A stretch of 62,089 bases of DNA, the filler included. It is 5 parts of 5 records of this genome, joined end to end, with 100 filler letters (N's around TTAATTAATTAA, not from the genome) between each part and the next. Parts side by side here need not be neighbours in the genome. Positions count along the whole stretch, not along the records: positions 40,954 to 55,018 come from SRR20825010_2108; positions 55,119 to 58,752 come from SRR20825010_2115; positions 58,853 to 62,089 come from SRR20825010_2140; 2 more parts are not named here. One strand, 5' to 3'. The translations under genes and the position numbers were made by a program. Positions 51,789 through 62,014 of the stretch are shown here, in pieces (position 1 is the first letter of the stretch; the number at the start of each line of letters is the position of its first letter). A model generated the notes under the pieces. It made no database searches. It worked only from the letters and a program-made list of their open reading frames with translations, and was not told where the DNA came from.

Positions 51789-52945
51789 GTCAGCACCGAC
51801 AAAAACGCATCGATATCGGCATCCAGCTCTTCCGCAGCCTCAAGGCCGACACTGAAGCGCAGGAACAGATCCTCTTCTGAGACCTGCCCGACAGTGCGGC
51901 TATGCCCGATGGACATCGGCGCCACAAGGCTGCGCGTGCCGCCCCAGGACGCGCCGATAGCGAAGGTTTTCAATGCGCCGAGCGCGTCATCGAGTTTTGC
52001 CGAGGCGCCGTCGGCCAGAATCACGGTGAACACGCCAGCCGCGCCGGTGAAATCCCGCAGCCAGAGAGCATGCCCCGGGCTGCTTTCCAGCGGCGGCCAA
52101 AGGATATCGGCCACGGCCGGATGGCTTTGCAGACGCCCAATGAGCCTCTTCGCACCTTCGGCTGCATGATTGAAACGGAGCGCCATGGTTTCCATACCGC
52201 GCAGGACCAGCGCCGCATCGTCCGGCGAAACACCAACACCGATGCGCCCCATATAAGCCCGCACATCCAGCGCGACCTGATCGCTGGCGAAGGACATCGC
52301 CCCCATCAGCAGATCCGAATGGCCCGACGCATATTTCGTCAGCGCCTCGGTCACGATATCCACGCCGAGAGCGATCGGCTTGCAGCCCAAGGACGTTGCC
52401 CAGGTATTGTCGCACCCGACCAGAGCGCCGACCTTATGGGCGATAGCGGCAATCGCCGGAAGATCCTGTACCTCCAGCGTGGTAGAGCCCGGCGACTCGC
52501 ACCAGACGAGTTTCGTTTCCGGGCGAATACGCTTGGCCAAATCCTCGAGCGAGGTTGGGTCGAAATATTCAGGTTCGATCCCACAGCGTTTCATATCCAC
52601 GTCTGCGAGAGAGCGCATGGCTGGATAGGAGGTATCCGCGATCAGCACATGATCGCCCGCCGACAAGAGGGCCATCGCCGCAACCGCGTTCGCGGCCTGT
52701 CCCGACGGCACCAGAAGCGTCCTTGCCGCCCCGGCGAGCCCGTTCAGCTTCGCCTCAAGCTGCCGCGTGGTTGGTGTGCCGTAGAGCCCGTAGGAATACC
52801 CGTCAGGGCCGCGCTCGCTGCGCGCCGCATAATCCGCCGCATCCTTGAAAACGATTGTCGAGGCACGATGGACCGCCGGGGCCAGGGACCGGTATCCGGC
52901 CTCGTTGACCTCAGGTGTTACAACGCATCTTGTCTGGTCTTTCAT
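51785..52945 (-). CDS. PLP-dependent trans-sulfuration enzyme (cystathionine beta-lyase-like)
   Basis: RASTI, YGLYGTPT, ESPGS, DNTWA, TKYASGHSD and SWGG. Confidence 0.87.
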   Translation of the reverse strand: MKDQTRCVVTPEVNEAGYRSLAPAVHRASTIVFKDAADYAARSERGPDGYSYGLYGTPTTRQLEAKLNGLAGAARTLLVPSGQAANAVAAMALLSAGDHVLIADTSYPAMRSLADVDMKRCGIEPEYFDPTSLEDLAKRIRPETKLVWCESPGSTTLEVQDLPAIAAIAHKVGALVGCDNTWATSLGCKPIALGVDIVTEALTKYASGHSDLLMGAMSFASDQVALDVRAYMGRIGVGVSPDDAALVLRGMETMALRFNHAAEGAKRLIGRLQSHPAVADILWPPLESSPGHALWLRDFTGAAGVFTVILADGASAKLDDALGALKTFAIGASWGGTRSLVAPMSIGHSRTVGQVSEEDLFLRFSVGLEAAEELDADIDAFLSVLT

Positions 52946-53021
52946 CGGAAACTCCATCTGCCGCTAACCAGACGGTAGACGGAGTCTATTTATCAAAAAA
53001 ATACATATTTAAGGCCAGTTG

Positions 53022-53036
53022 ATATATTTTAGTTAT
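53022..53036. promoter_or_regulatory. Candidate LysR recognition box
   Basis: ATA-N9-TAT (T-N11-A) in the AT-rich divergent intergenic region. Confidence 0.5.
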
Positions 53037-53039
53037 GCA

Positions 53040-53969
53040 ATGCTTAAAAATCCTTTGAATTTAAGACAGGTGGAGATTTTCCATGCTGTCATGGTCAACG
53101 GAACCACCCAGCGCGCCGCCGAGGTGCTGCATATCTCGCAGCCGGGCATCAGCAAGGCGCTCCAGGAGCTGGAACGGCAGCTTGGCTTCGCCCTGTTTCA
53201 CCGGACCCGGCGGCGGTTGGTGCCGACGGCGGAAGCCCATTTCTATTTCCGCGAGGTAGAGGACTCCTTCGCCGCCCTCTCCCGCCTGCGAAGCGCCGCC
53301 GCCCGCATCCGCGATTTCGGCTCCGGCGAAATCCGCATTGCGACGCTCTCGGCCCTCAGCACCAACATCGTCCCCCGCGCCCTGGTCCGGTTTCGCAAAC
53401 GCCATCCGGATGTGTCGATCACGCTACAGACGCACATGTCCTCGACCGTGAAGGAACTCGTGGCCGCCGGTCAGTTCGATCTTGGTCTGGCTGCGGACGA
53501 AATCGATGTTTCGGGTGTTGAGGCACAGACACTTTCCAGGTTTCGCGGGGCCATTGCCCTGCCCGACGCTCACCCCCTGTGCCGCAAGGCGCATCTGGAG
53601 CCGCAGGACCTGAACGATCAGGACTTCATCGCACTGTCTCCTGAAGATACGACACGTCAGGATCTGGAGCGGGCGCTGGACAGTGCCGGAAGCCGGGTCA
53701 AGACCGTGCTCGAGACGCCCTTTGCCAATACCATCTGCGCCATGGTTCAGGCCGGCATGGGGATAGGCTTCATCAACCCGATCTGCGCCGAGCCGTTTCT
53801 GGATAAGGGCGTTGCCCTGCGCCCCTTCATGCCATCTCTGGAATTCCGCACCCTGCTTGTGCGCCCCCCGGCCGTTCCGCCGTCACAGATTGTCCGGGAC
53901 TGTATCGACGCCTTCCGGGAGGAGATAAGCGCGACCATCAAAAACAGCGCACTTGATGAAGAAATCTGA
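53040..53969 (+). CDS. LysR family transcriptional regulator (LysR/opine-regulator-like)
   Basis: LNLRQVEIF..GTTQRAAEVLHISQPGIS..LE..LGF.LF.R; divergent from the PLP enzyme. Confidence 0.93.
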   Translation: MLKNPLNLRQVEIFHAVMVNGTTQRAAEVLHISQPGISKALQELERQLGFALFHRTRRRLVPTAEAHFYFREVEDSFAALSRLRSAAARIRDFGSGEIRIATLSALSTNIVPRALVRFRKRHPDVSITLQTHMSSTVKELVAAGQFDLGLAADEIDVSGVEAQTLSRFRGAIALPDAHPLCRKAHLEPQDLNDQDFIALSPEDTTRQDLERALDSAGSRVKTVLETPFANTICAMVQAGMGIGFINPICAEPFLDKGVALRPFMPSLEFRTLLVRPPAVPPSQIVRDCIDAFREEISATIKNSALDEEI

Positions 53970-54075
53970 CCGCGCAGTAACGGTCATAACGGAATCAAAA
54001 CAAGAAACCCGATTTTCAGTTAAATAACTATAATTTTAGTTTAATTATATTTTTCAGATGACTGCATGCTCACCC

Positions 54076-54513
54076 TCACTTGGGCCCATACAGCTCATGC
54101 GCCCGGGCTTCGAACGCCCCCACCATCCGGCGGACAGCTTCGTTGAAGAACACCTCGATGATCTTCTGCAGCATTTTTGAGCGGAACTCGAAATCCACAT
54201 AGAAATCGATCAGGCAACCATCGGGATGTGGCTCGAAGACCCAGTGGTTGTTGAGATACTTGAACGGACCATCAGTATATTCGACATCGATCCGGTTCTG
54301 CTCGGGACTGAGGGTCACCGTCGAGGTGAAACGCTCCCGGATCAGCTTGTAGCCAATCACCAGGTCCGCGACGATCCGGTTACCGTCGCGCTTGCGTATC
54401 CGCGCACCAACGCACCACGGAAGAAATTCCGGGTAACGCTGAATATCGGCGATGAGGTCAAAAAGCTGCTCCGGGGTAAAAGGAACAACCCGCTGTTCTG
54501 CATGGGTAGGCAT
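54076..54513 (-). CDS. ratA: START-domain Coq10/RatA(PasT) family protein
   Basis: YPEFLPWC, ERFTS, GPFKYLNNHW.F and AFEARA; downstream of lipA. Confidence 0.9.
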   Translation of the reverse strand: MPTHAEQRVVPFTPEQLFDLIADIQRYPEFLPWCVGARIRKRDGNRIVADLVIGYKLIRERFTSTVTLSPEQNRIDVEYTDGPFKYLNNHWVFEPHPDGCLIDFYVDFEFRSKMLQKIIEVFFNEAVRRMVGAFEARAHELYGPK

Positions 54514-54531
54514 CGGTGGGCTTATATCACG

Positions 54532-55018
54532 TCATTTGGACGCGGATACTGCCATTTCAGCAAGATCCGTCAGAGACAGATCCGCACGCACCCTTCCCCG
54601 TTCGCCGATAAGACGCCGGTCGCGCTCTGCCCGCATCCGCGCGAAATCCTCATCCGCATGGTATGAGGAACGCGTGAGCGGGGATGACGCCACCATCAGG
54701 AAGCCCTTGCCGTAGGCCGTTTTCTTGTAAGCCTCAAACTCGTCCGGCGTGGCGAAACGGTCAATCACCGCGTGTTTCGGGGTCGGCTGCAGATACTGGC
54801 CAAGCGTGATGAAGTCGACATCAGCGGAGCGCATGTCGTCCATCACCTGGTACATCTCTTCCTTCGTTTCCCCCAAGCCAACCATCAGGCCAGACTTGGT
54901 GAAGATTGTAGGGTCGAGCTCTTTCGCCCGGTCCAGGATCTTCAGGGAATGGAAATAACGGGCACCGGGGCGGATCGAGGGATAAAGCCGCGGAACGGTT
55001 TCCAGATTGTGGTTGAAC
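54532..55018 (-). CDS. lipA: Lipoyl synthase, C-terminal part (truncated)
   Basis: [28 protein letters not shown] and PLTRSSYHA. Confidence 0.95.
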
Positions 55019-55118
55019 NNNNNNNNNNNNNNNNNNNNNNNNNNNNNNNNNNNNNNNNNNNNTTAATTAATTAANNNNNNNNNNNNNNNNNNNNNNNNNN
55101 NNNNNNNNNNNNNNNNNN
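55019..55118. other. Artificial contig spacer
   Basis: N-run with TTAATTAATTAA. Confidence 0.99.
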
Positions 55119-55821
55119 CCTCGATGATGGCCTCGGCATTGGCTTCGATGAACCGGCCGCCCGACGCCATCACGTGGGCACCCAGCGCCTTGACATAGGC
55201 GCCCGGATCAGAGATCCGGCCATGATCGCCGAGCCGGACTGCAAACCCCTGCTCCGGTCCGAACGCCGGATCGAAGCTCTTGAAGGCGGATCCTTCCAGC
55301 TCCTCCCATTTGAAACCGTGCGCCTTGCGGATCGACCAGCCAAAGGCGTCGCCCTCGAAATGCGCGCGGTCACGGTAGAGGAACAGGTAATCATCCGGCT
55401 TGACCCAGCCTTCGGCGCCGGTGCCTGCCGAGAGCGCCTGGTGCTCGCCCAGGCTGTCGCCGACCAGCGGCGCCATCGCCGCAGCGATGCGTTTCGTGTC
55501 AGCGGCATTGGCATGGCCGAGATATTTGATCAGCCAGGGCGCCAGTTTCGGCAGATAGGACCATTTGAGAAACAGCGGCTGCCCCGGATCGAGCAGCATG
55601 GCAGGCGCCTTGCGCAAAAGGCCCGGCGCGGTAACAGGCACGATCGAGCACGAGGCCAGCACGCCGCCATTGCCGTAGCTGGCGCCTTCGCCGATCCCCT
55701 TGCCATCGATCAGGATCACCTTGTGCCCGTCGCGCTGCAGCCAGATCGCGGTCGAGACGCCGACGATCCCGGCGCCGATGATGGCGATCGTCTTGCTGAT
55801 GGTACTCGCTCCGGCACTCAT
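55119..55821 (-). CDS. FAD-dependent oxidoreductase, D-amino acid dehydrogenase (DadA) family, N-terminal part (truncated)
   Basis: IIGAGIVG and GASYGNGG. Confidence 0.88.
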
Positions 55822-57515
55822 GCCACCCACTCCGAGACCGGCGCCGCCGCTTCATGCAGCGGTTGCGAAATGATGTCGACCAGCGTCGGCCCGTCATGGG
55901 CAAGCGCCTGGCGCAGGACAGCCTCCAGTTCGTCAGGATCTTCAACCCGCCAGGATTTCACGCCGAACGCGCTCGCTACGGCGGCATGGTCGGTGCGGTT
56001 GAAATCGACATTGTAGAAGCGCGCGCCAAAGCCGGCATTCTGCCCGGCCTTGATCCAGCCGAAGGTGGCGTTGGAAAACACGATGCAGGTGATCGGCATC
56101 CGGTAGCGCACAAGAGTTTCCAGTTCGCCGCAACAGAAACCGAACGAGCCGTCCCCCATCACCGCAACGGTTTTCACCGCAGGCCGTCCCACATGCGCGC
56201 CCATCGCTGCCGCCAGCGCATAGCCGAGCGCGCCGTGAGCGCGGTTGGTGATGAAATTGCGCCCCGCGCCGGGCCAGCGGTAATGCGCCGAGAAATAAGG
56301 ACACGGCGTGCCCGGATCGGCCACCACGATGGCGTCGTCATCGAGCAGCCCGGCCAGCGCCGCCACCACCCGTTCCGGCCGGATCGGGGTCTCGTTGCTC
56401 GCAGCCAGCGGAGCGAAATCCGCAAGCTTGGTATCCCATGCGGCCTTGGCCCGGCGAATGCCGTCCTGCGCCGTCAGCCCGGCCTCGGCCTCGAGCGCAT
56501 CGGCAAGCGCGGCCAGTGCCAGCCGCGCATCGGCGCAGATGGCAACCGCGGTCGGGTAATTGGCACCGATCACCATGGCGTCGCTGTCGATGTGGATGAT
56601 GGTCTTGTCCTTGCCCGGCGAGCGCCAGCGCTCGGTGGTCACCGAGCCTGCGCGGCAGCCGATGAACAGCACCACATCGGCCCCGTCGATCACGGCGCGC
56701 GTGGCCGGATTGCCGCCATTCGAGCCGACAACGCCCACCGCCAGCGGATCGGTTTCGGCAATCGCCCCCTGCCCCGAAACGGTGGTCGCAACCGGCAGTT
56801 CGATGAGATCCGCAAGCCGCTTCAGCTCGGCAAATGCCCCGGCGATGACCGGCCCGCCGCCACAGATCGCCACCGCCGATTTCGCATTCTTCAGGATTTG
56901 CACGGCTTCCGAGATCGCCACCGGATCCGGCCCGGCTGGCTCCGACGGATAGCTGCAATGCCGCTCTTCGGCCCATATCTCCGCGGGATCGGTCTCCGAT
57001 TTCTGTGTATTGAACGGCAGCGCCAGATGCACCGCGCCGGGCCGGCCGGTCGTCATGGCGCGAAACGCCTGCCGCACCATCGCCGGCAACCGCGCCGCGT
57101 CATCGAGCGACGCATTCCACTTGGTGACCGGCCGGAACAGCGCCGTCTGGTCAAGCTCGGTCAGCGGATAGCGGCCGCGCGAGGTGGTGGCGACGTCGCT
57201 AGTGATTGCCAGCACTGGAATGGAACTCTCGTTGGCCTCGACGACGCCCGGAAGCATGTAGGTCGCCCCGCCTCCCGACGGCCCCTCGCAGACACCCGGC
57301 CTGCCGGTGACGCGGGCATATCCGTCCGCCATATAGGCGGCATGGCGTTCGTCGCGGGTCAGGTAATGGGTGATTCCGTGGTCCTGACGCGCCAGCACGT
57401 CATAGAGCGGCAGGCTGGTATCGCCGCAAAGGCCGAACACATCGGTCACCTTGTAGGCCTGCAGCATCCGGACCAGGGCTTCGGCGCCAACCATCTGGTT
57501 TGTTGTCTCTTGCAC
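55818..57515 (-). CDS. Thiamine diphosphate-dependent enzyme (acetolactate synthase-like)
   Basis: FGLCG, RDERHAAYMADGYAR and GDGS-x-N ThDP motif; start is GTG 57515 or ATG 57494. Confidence 0.9.
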   Translation of the reverse strand: MQETTNQMVGAEALVRMLQAYKVTDVFGLCGDTSLPLYDVLARQDHGITHYLTRDERHAAYMADGYARVTGRPGVCEGPSGGGATYMLPGVVEANESSIPVLAITSDVATTSRGRYPLTELDQTALFRPVTKWNASLDDAARLPAMVRQAFRAMTTGRPGAVHLALPFNTQKSETDPAEIWAEERHCSYPSEPAGPDPVAISEAVQILKNAKSAVAICGGGPVIAGAFAELKRLADLIELPVATTVSGQGAIAETDPLAVGVVGSNGGNPATRAVIDGADVVLFIGCRAGSVTTERWRSPGKDKTIIHIDSDAMVIGANYPTAVAICADARLALAALADALEAEAGLTAQDGIRRAKAAWDTKLADFAPLAASNETPIRPERVVAALAGLLDDDAIVVADPGTPCPYFSAHYRWPGAGRNFITNRAHGALGYALAAAMGAHVGRPAVKTVAVMGDGSFGFCCGELETLVRYRMPITCIVFSNATFGWIKAGQNAGFGARFYNVDFNRTDHAAVASAFGVKSWRVEDPDELEAVLRQALAHDGPTLVDIISQPLHEAAAPVSEWVA

Positions 57516-57637
57516 CAACGCCCGCCTTGCACTTGACCGCCCCGAAGCGCGCATCTTGTGAAGCCGGCGAAGCTGTGTCAACAGATTCCCTTGGGCCCTC
57601 CAAATCTATCGGTTTGATTTAGCGAAAGGAATGCAGC

Positions 57638-58354
57638 TTGAGCGCGAAGGTCACAGGTGGGAAGTCCATTTATGGCGCATCGGTTGGAATCCTCATGCTG
57701 GACGCCCGGTTCCCGCGAATTCCCGGCGACATGGGTAACGCCACCACCTGGCCGTTCCCAGTGCTTTACCGCGTGGTTCGGAACGCCACCCCCGATCTCG
57801 TCGTCCGCAAGGGTGCGACGGGAACTCTCGACGCCTTCATCGAGGCAGGCCGCGACCTGGTGCGCGACGGCGCCGACGGCATCACCACCAATTGCGGGTT
57901 CCTGTCGCTGTTCCAGCGGGAACTCTCCGAGGCACTGGAAGTGCCGGTGGCGACCTCGTCGCTGATGCAGGTTGACCTGGTCAACCGCCTGCTCCCGCAA
58001 GGCAGACGAGCCGGCATCCTGACCATTTCGGCCTCGACGCTGACACCCCGGCATCTCGCGGCGGCCGGCGTCCCCGAATCCACGCCGGTCGGCTCCACCG
58101 AGGGCGGGCGCGAGTTCACACGTGCAATCCTCGGCAACGAGTTCGAGCTCGATGTCGAGCTGGCGCGTCAGGACAACATCGAGGCTGCGTCCGCGTTGTG
58201 CGCGAGCCATCCCGACATCGGCGCGCTCGTGCTCGAATGCACCAACATGGTTCCCTATGCCGCCGACATCCGCGCTGCGACCGGCGTGCCGGTGTTCTCG
58301 ATCGAGACCTTCGTCAGCTGGTTCCAGTCGAGCCTGCAGCCGCGCCGCTACTGA
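57638..58354 (+). CDS. Asp/Glu/hydantoin racemase family protein
   Basis: FPRIPGDMGN, TTNCGF and LECTNM (two catalytic Cys); TTG start after AAAGGA. Confidence 0.88.
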   Translation: MSAKVTGGKSIYGASVGILMLDARFPRIPGDMGNATTWPFPVLYRVVRNATPDLVVRKGATGTLDAFIEAGRDLVRDGADGITTNCGFLSLFQRELSEALEVPVATSSLMQVDLVNRLLPQGRRAGILTISASTLTPRHLAAAGVPESTPVGSTEGGREFTRAILGNEFELDVELARQDNIEAASALCASHPDIGALVLECTNMVPYAADIRAATGVPVFSIETFVSWFQSSLQPRRY

Positions 58355-58752
58355 TGGAAGCCGTCGCCTTGGGGGCTCTTAAGGCCGCCATCGCCAGTTA
58401 CGCAGACGTCCAACTCAGGGCCATCCAGTTCGATTTCCGCCGGATTGCGGCGCGGCCAAGGTGATTCTCCGGAGAGCCATGTATTGGCCACGCGACGCAT
58501 ACTAAAGTCTAACGTGAAGCCAAATATCCGAATTCACGAGGGATGATTTTGCCGTCAAAATCGCTCTCGGCGGAAAATTCCGGAAGCCGGCTGGAACAGC
58601 GGCCGGTTGCGTTCGAGGGGTCCGAATTCGGAGGGACCACGCAAAATTCGATACCTTTAAAGGGCTTTCCGCCCCCCGTAGCCGGATTTCGCAGCCCTGC
58701 TGCTGAGGCGCTTCAGCGCCATGGCAGGCAATGGTTTGCATGAATATACAAT

Positions 58753-58852
58753 NNNNNNNNNNNNNNNNNNNNNNNNNNNNNNNNNNNNNNNNNNNNTTAA
58801 TTAATTAANNNNNNNNNNNNNNNNNNNNNNNNNNNNNNNNNNNNNNNNNNNN
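58753..58852. other. Artificial contig spacer
   Basis: N-run with TTAATTAATTAA. Confidence 0.99.
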
Positions 58853-58853
58853 G

Positions 58854-60392
58854 GAATGGTACATCGAGGACGCGATGGCCCGCGTTCCGCTGCTGGGCGA
58901 GGGTGGCGTGGGCCGCAATATCAACGGCCCGATCCCCTATGCCCCCGACGGCCTGCCGCTGATCGGACCCATGCCCGGCGTGCCCGACGCGTTTGAGGCC
59001 TGCGTCTTCACCTTTGGCATCACACAGGCGGGCGGCGCGGGCAAGGTGCTGGCCGAATGGGTGACAGAGGGCCAGACCGAATGGGACATGTGGTCGGTCG
59101 ATCCGCGCCGCTACACCGACTACACCGACCCGCAGTATTGCATCGACAAGGCGGTAGAGGTCTACGGCCACGAATACGCCATGCACTTCCCGCACCACGA
59201 ATGGCCCGCCGCCCGCGATCGCAAACTGTCGCCGGTGCACGACCGGATCACGGCACAAGGTGGGGTCATGGGCGCCTACAACGGGTGGGAGCGGGCAAAC
59301 TGGTACGCCATGCCCGGCGACGACACCTCGGAGGAGGCGACCCACACATGGGAACGCAATGGTCCGTGGCTGGCGCGCATCCGCGAGGAATGCCTTGCGG
59401 TGCGCGACGCCGCCGGCATCCTCGATCTGCCCGGGTTCTCGCGCTACCGGCTAAAGGGGGCGGGCGCGGCAGAGTTCCTGCGTGGCCTGTGTACCGGCGG
59501 CATCCCCAAGGTCGGGCGCATCGGCCTGCTGTACTTCGCCGATGACCGGGGCCGCATCGTGACGGAAATGTCCGCCATACGACTGGATGAGGATGACTTT
59601 TTTCTGATCACGGCGGCGGCTGCGCAATGGCATGATCTTGAGTGGCTGCAACGCCACGCCCCCGCCGACGCGGCCTTTACCCTGACGGATGTGACGCGGG
59701 ATTTCTCCTGCCAGATCCTGACCGGACCGAAATCCCGCGACATTCTGGCCCGCCTGACACAGGCGGACCTGTCGCAGCCTTGGCTGACCCATCAATCGGC
59801 GCAACTGGACGGCACATGGGTCCAACTGGTCCGCGTCAGCTTTGCCGGGGAATTGGGTTGGGAGGTGCACTCAAAGATAGAGGACACGCCGAAAGTCCAT
59901 GACGCACTGATGGCGGCAGGCACGCCCTTGGGGATGAAACCCTTTGGCATGTACGCGCTAAATTCCCTGCGCCTCGAAAAAGGCTATCGCGCGTGGAAGG
60001 GTGATCTGTCCACCGATTACACCCTGCTTGAGGGCGGTCTGGACCGCTTTGTCAAACTCGACAAGCCGCAGGATTTCCCCGGCAAAGCGGCACTCTTGGC
60101 GGAAAAACAACAAGGGCCGAAAAAGCGGTTTGTCACCATGATCGTGGACGCAGGCGCGGCGGATGCGCCCTATATGTCGACGGTCTGGCACGATGGCGAA
60201 ATCGTAGGTGAGACAACCTCGGGTGGTTGGGGTCACCGCATCGACGCCTCCATTGCGCTGGGCATGATCCGCAGCGATCTGGCGCTGCCGGGCACCGAGG
60301 TGGAGATCGACATCTTTGGCCAGAAATGCCGCGCCGTGGTGCAAGAGGACAAACCGCTCTGGGATCCGCAGAACGAAAGACTGCGCGCATGA
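58854..60392 (+). CDS. GcvT-family dimethylglycine/sarcosine dehydrogenase, C-terminal part (5' truncated)
   Basis: INGPIPYAPDG, GWERANW, RVSFAGELGWE and SLRLEKGY. Confidence 0.92.
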   Translation, partial: EWYIEDAMARVPLLGEGGVGRNINGPIPYAPDGLPLIGPMPGVPDAFEACVFTFGITQAGGAGKVLAEWVTEGQTEWDMWSVDPRRYTDYTDPQYCIDKAVEVYGHEYAMHFPHHEWPAARDRKLSPVHDRITAQGGVMGAYNGWERANWYAMPGDDTSEEATHTWERNGPWLARIREECLAVRDAAGILDLPGFSRYRLKGAGAAEFLRGLCTGGIPKVGRIGLLYFADDRGRIVTEMSAIRLDEDDFFLITAAAAQWHDLEWLQRHAPADAAFTLTDVTRDFSCQILTGPKSRDILARLTQADLSQPWLTHQSAQLDGTWVQLVRVSFAGELGWEVHSKIEDTPKVHDALMAAGTPLGMKPFGMYALNSLRLEKGYRAWKGDLSTDYTLLEGGLDRFVKLDKPQDFPGKAALLAEKQQGPKKRFVTMIVDAGAADAPYMSTVWHDGEIVGETTSGGWGHRIDASIALGMIRSDLALPGTEVEIDIFGQKCRAVVQEDKPLWDPQNERLRA

Positions 60393-61024
60393 CGGTCGAG
60401 GCTTATCTGATCTATCTGGCGGCACTGGCGGCCTTCTTCGTGACGCCCCCGGACACCAGCCAGCTTTTGATCATGTCCAACAGCCTGCGGCACGGCCTGC
60501 GGCGCAGCCTGTGGACCGTGGCGGGCGATCTTGGCGCGAACGTCGTGCAGATGACGGCGGCGGGGTTTGGGCTGGTTGCGGTGATTGCGACCTCGGCCAG
60601 CGTGCTGGTCTGGGTGAAATGGGCGGGCGTGGCCTATTTGATCTGGATCGGCCTCAGCCTGTTCCTGCGCACACCCGCAACGGACCGGCCGGGCGCAGCC
60701 CCGCTTGCGCGCCGCCGGGTGCTGTTCCGGCAGGGGGGCCTCACCTCCGCCGCCAACCCCTACGCGGTGGTGTTTTTCGGCGCGCTTTTCCCGCAATTCA
60801 TTGATCCAGCGTCGCCCATCGTCCTGCAACTTGTTCTGCTGGGGGGCACCTATCTACTGGTCGATGGCGTGATCCTGATCCTCTGGGGCTATGCCGCCAC
60901 CCGCGTCCTGTCGGGACCGCTGCAACTGTCCGGGCGGCTGCTGAACCGTGTGTCCGGCGGGCTGATGATTGGCGCGGCGATCCTGCTGGGCAGCCGCGAT
61001 CTGGCACGGGAGGCAGACCTGTGA
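60389..61024 (+). CDS. LysE/RhtB family translocator
   Basis: TPPDT, KWAGVAYLIWIG, ANP...FFGALFPQF; ATGA overlap. Confidence 0.9.
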   Translation: MTVEAYLIYLAALAAFFVTPPDTSQLLIMSNSLRHGLRRSLWTVAGDLGANVVQMTAAGFGLVAVIATSASVLVWVKWAGVAYLIWIGLSLFLRTPATDRPGAAPLARRRVLFRQGGLTSAANPYAVVFFGALFPQFIDPASPIVLQLVLLGGTYLLVDGVILILWGYAATRVLSGPLQLSGRLLNRVSGGLMIGAAILLGSRDLAREADL

Positions 61025-61941
61025 CCGCGATAACCCTTCTTGACGGCGGTATGGGACAGGAACTGATCCAACGGTCCGGGCAACCGGCCAGCCCGCTGTG
61101 GTCGACACAGGTCATGATCGACCGCCCCGGTCTGGTGGCCGAGGTGCACCGCGACTACGCCGATGCGGGCGCAACAGTGGCCACAACCAACACCTATGCC
61201 ATCCACCGCGACCGGCTGCGCGGCGGGGCCAGCAATCACTACGCCGCCGATGGCGCGACAATCCCCGACATGCAGGACCAGTTCAACGCCCTGCACCACG
61301 CCGCGCTGGCCGAGGCAGGCGCCGTGCGCGACCGCTGCTGCCTCGCCGGGTCGATTGGTCCGCTGGGGGCCAGCTACCGCGCTGATCTGCATCCCGATCT
61401 GGACACCGCGATCCCGCTTTATGCAGAGGTTGCAGGCCTCCTTGCCCCTCGCGTCGATCTGCTGATCTTCGAAACCATCGCCTCCCTCGACGCGGCGCGC
61501 GCCTGCCTCACCGCCGGACGCCAGACAGACAAACCCGTCTGGCTGGCCTTCACCGTCGATGATGAGGACGGCACTCGCCTCCGCTCTGGTGAACCGCTGG
61601 CAGAGGCGGCGCGCATCGCGTCAGAGGCGGACGCGGCTCTGGCCAACTGCTCAGCACCCGAGGCGATGCCCGCCGCGCTGGGCGCCCTCTCTGGCGCGGG
61701 CGTGCCGCTAGGCGCTTACGCCAATGCCTTCACCATGATCACCAAGGCGTTTCTCGACGGCGGGTCCACGGCGGCCTCGCTTCAGGCGCGCCGTGACATG
61801 GGCCCCGCCATCTACGCCGAGCACGCCATGACATGGATCGACGCAGGTGCCACCATCGTCGGCGGTTGCTGCGAAACCGGGCCCGCCCATATCGCTGAAA
61901 TTGCCCGCCGCCTGCGCGCTGCCGGGCATGAAATCACCTGA
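61021..61941 (+). CDS. Homocysteine S-methyltransferase family protein (betaine-homocysteine methyltransferase-like)
   Basis: LDGGMG, TNTY, GSIGP, NC and GGCC zinc ligands. Confidence 0.92.
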   Translation: MTAITLLDGGMGQELIQRSGQPASPLWSTQVMIDRPGLVAEVHRDYADAGATVATTNTYAIHRDRLRGGASNHYAADGATIPDMQDQFNALHHAALAEAGAVRDRCCLAGSIGPLGASYRADLHPDLDTAIPLYAEVAGLLAPRVDLLIFETIASLDAARACLTAGRQTDKPVWLAFTVDDEDGTRLRSGEPLAEAARIASEADAALANCSAPEAMPAALGALSGAGVPLGAYANAFTMITKAFLDGGSTAASLQARRDMGPAIYAEHAMTWIDAGATIVGGCCETGPAHIAEIARRLRAAGHEIT

Positions 61942-62014
61942 TGTTTCTTCTCTGCGAAAATACCCCCTTCTGCGCCCGCAGGGCGCTCTGACGCCCGAAA
62001 CCGGAGACCCCGCC

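Noticed and set aside
54076..54513. Toxin-antitoxin or defence system from RatA
   Set aside because: Coq10-like housekeeping gene in its usual lipA context, with no antitoxin partner
55854..57536. Long antisense ORFs (560 aa here; also 1110-1997, 9530-10393, 11198-12097, 43533-44618, 51902-52978)
   Set aside because: Shadows of well-supported genes in GC-rich DNA, with no recognisable motifs
58735..58752. TTGCATGAATATACAA as a GntR-type operator
   Set aside because: At the contig edge with no target gene or regulator visible
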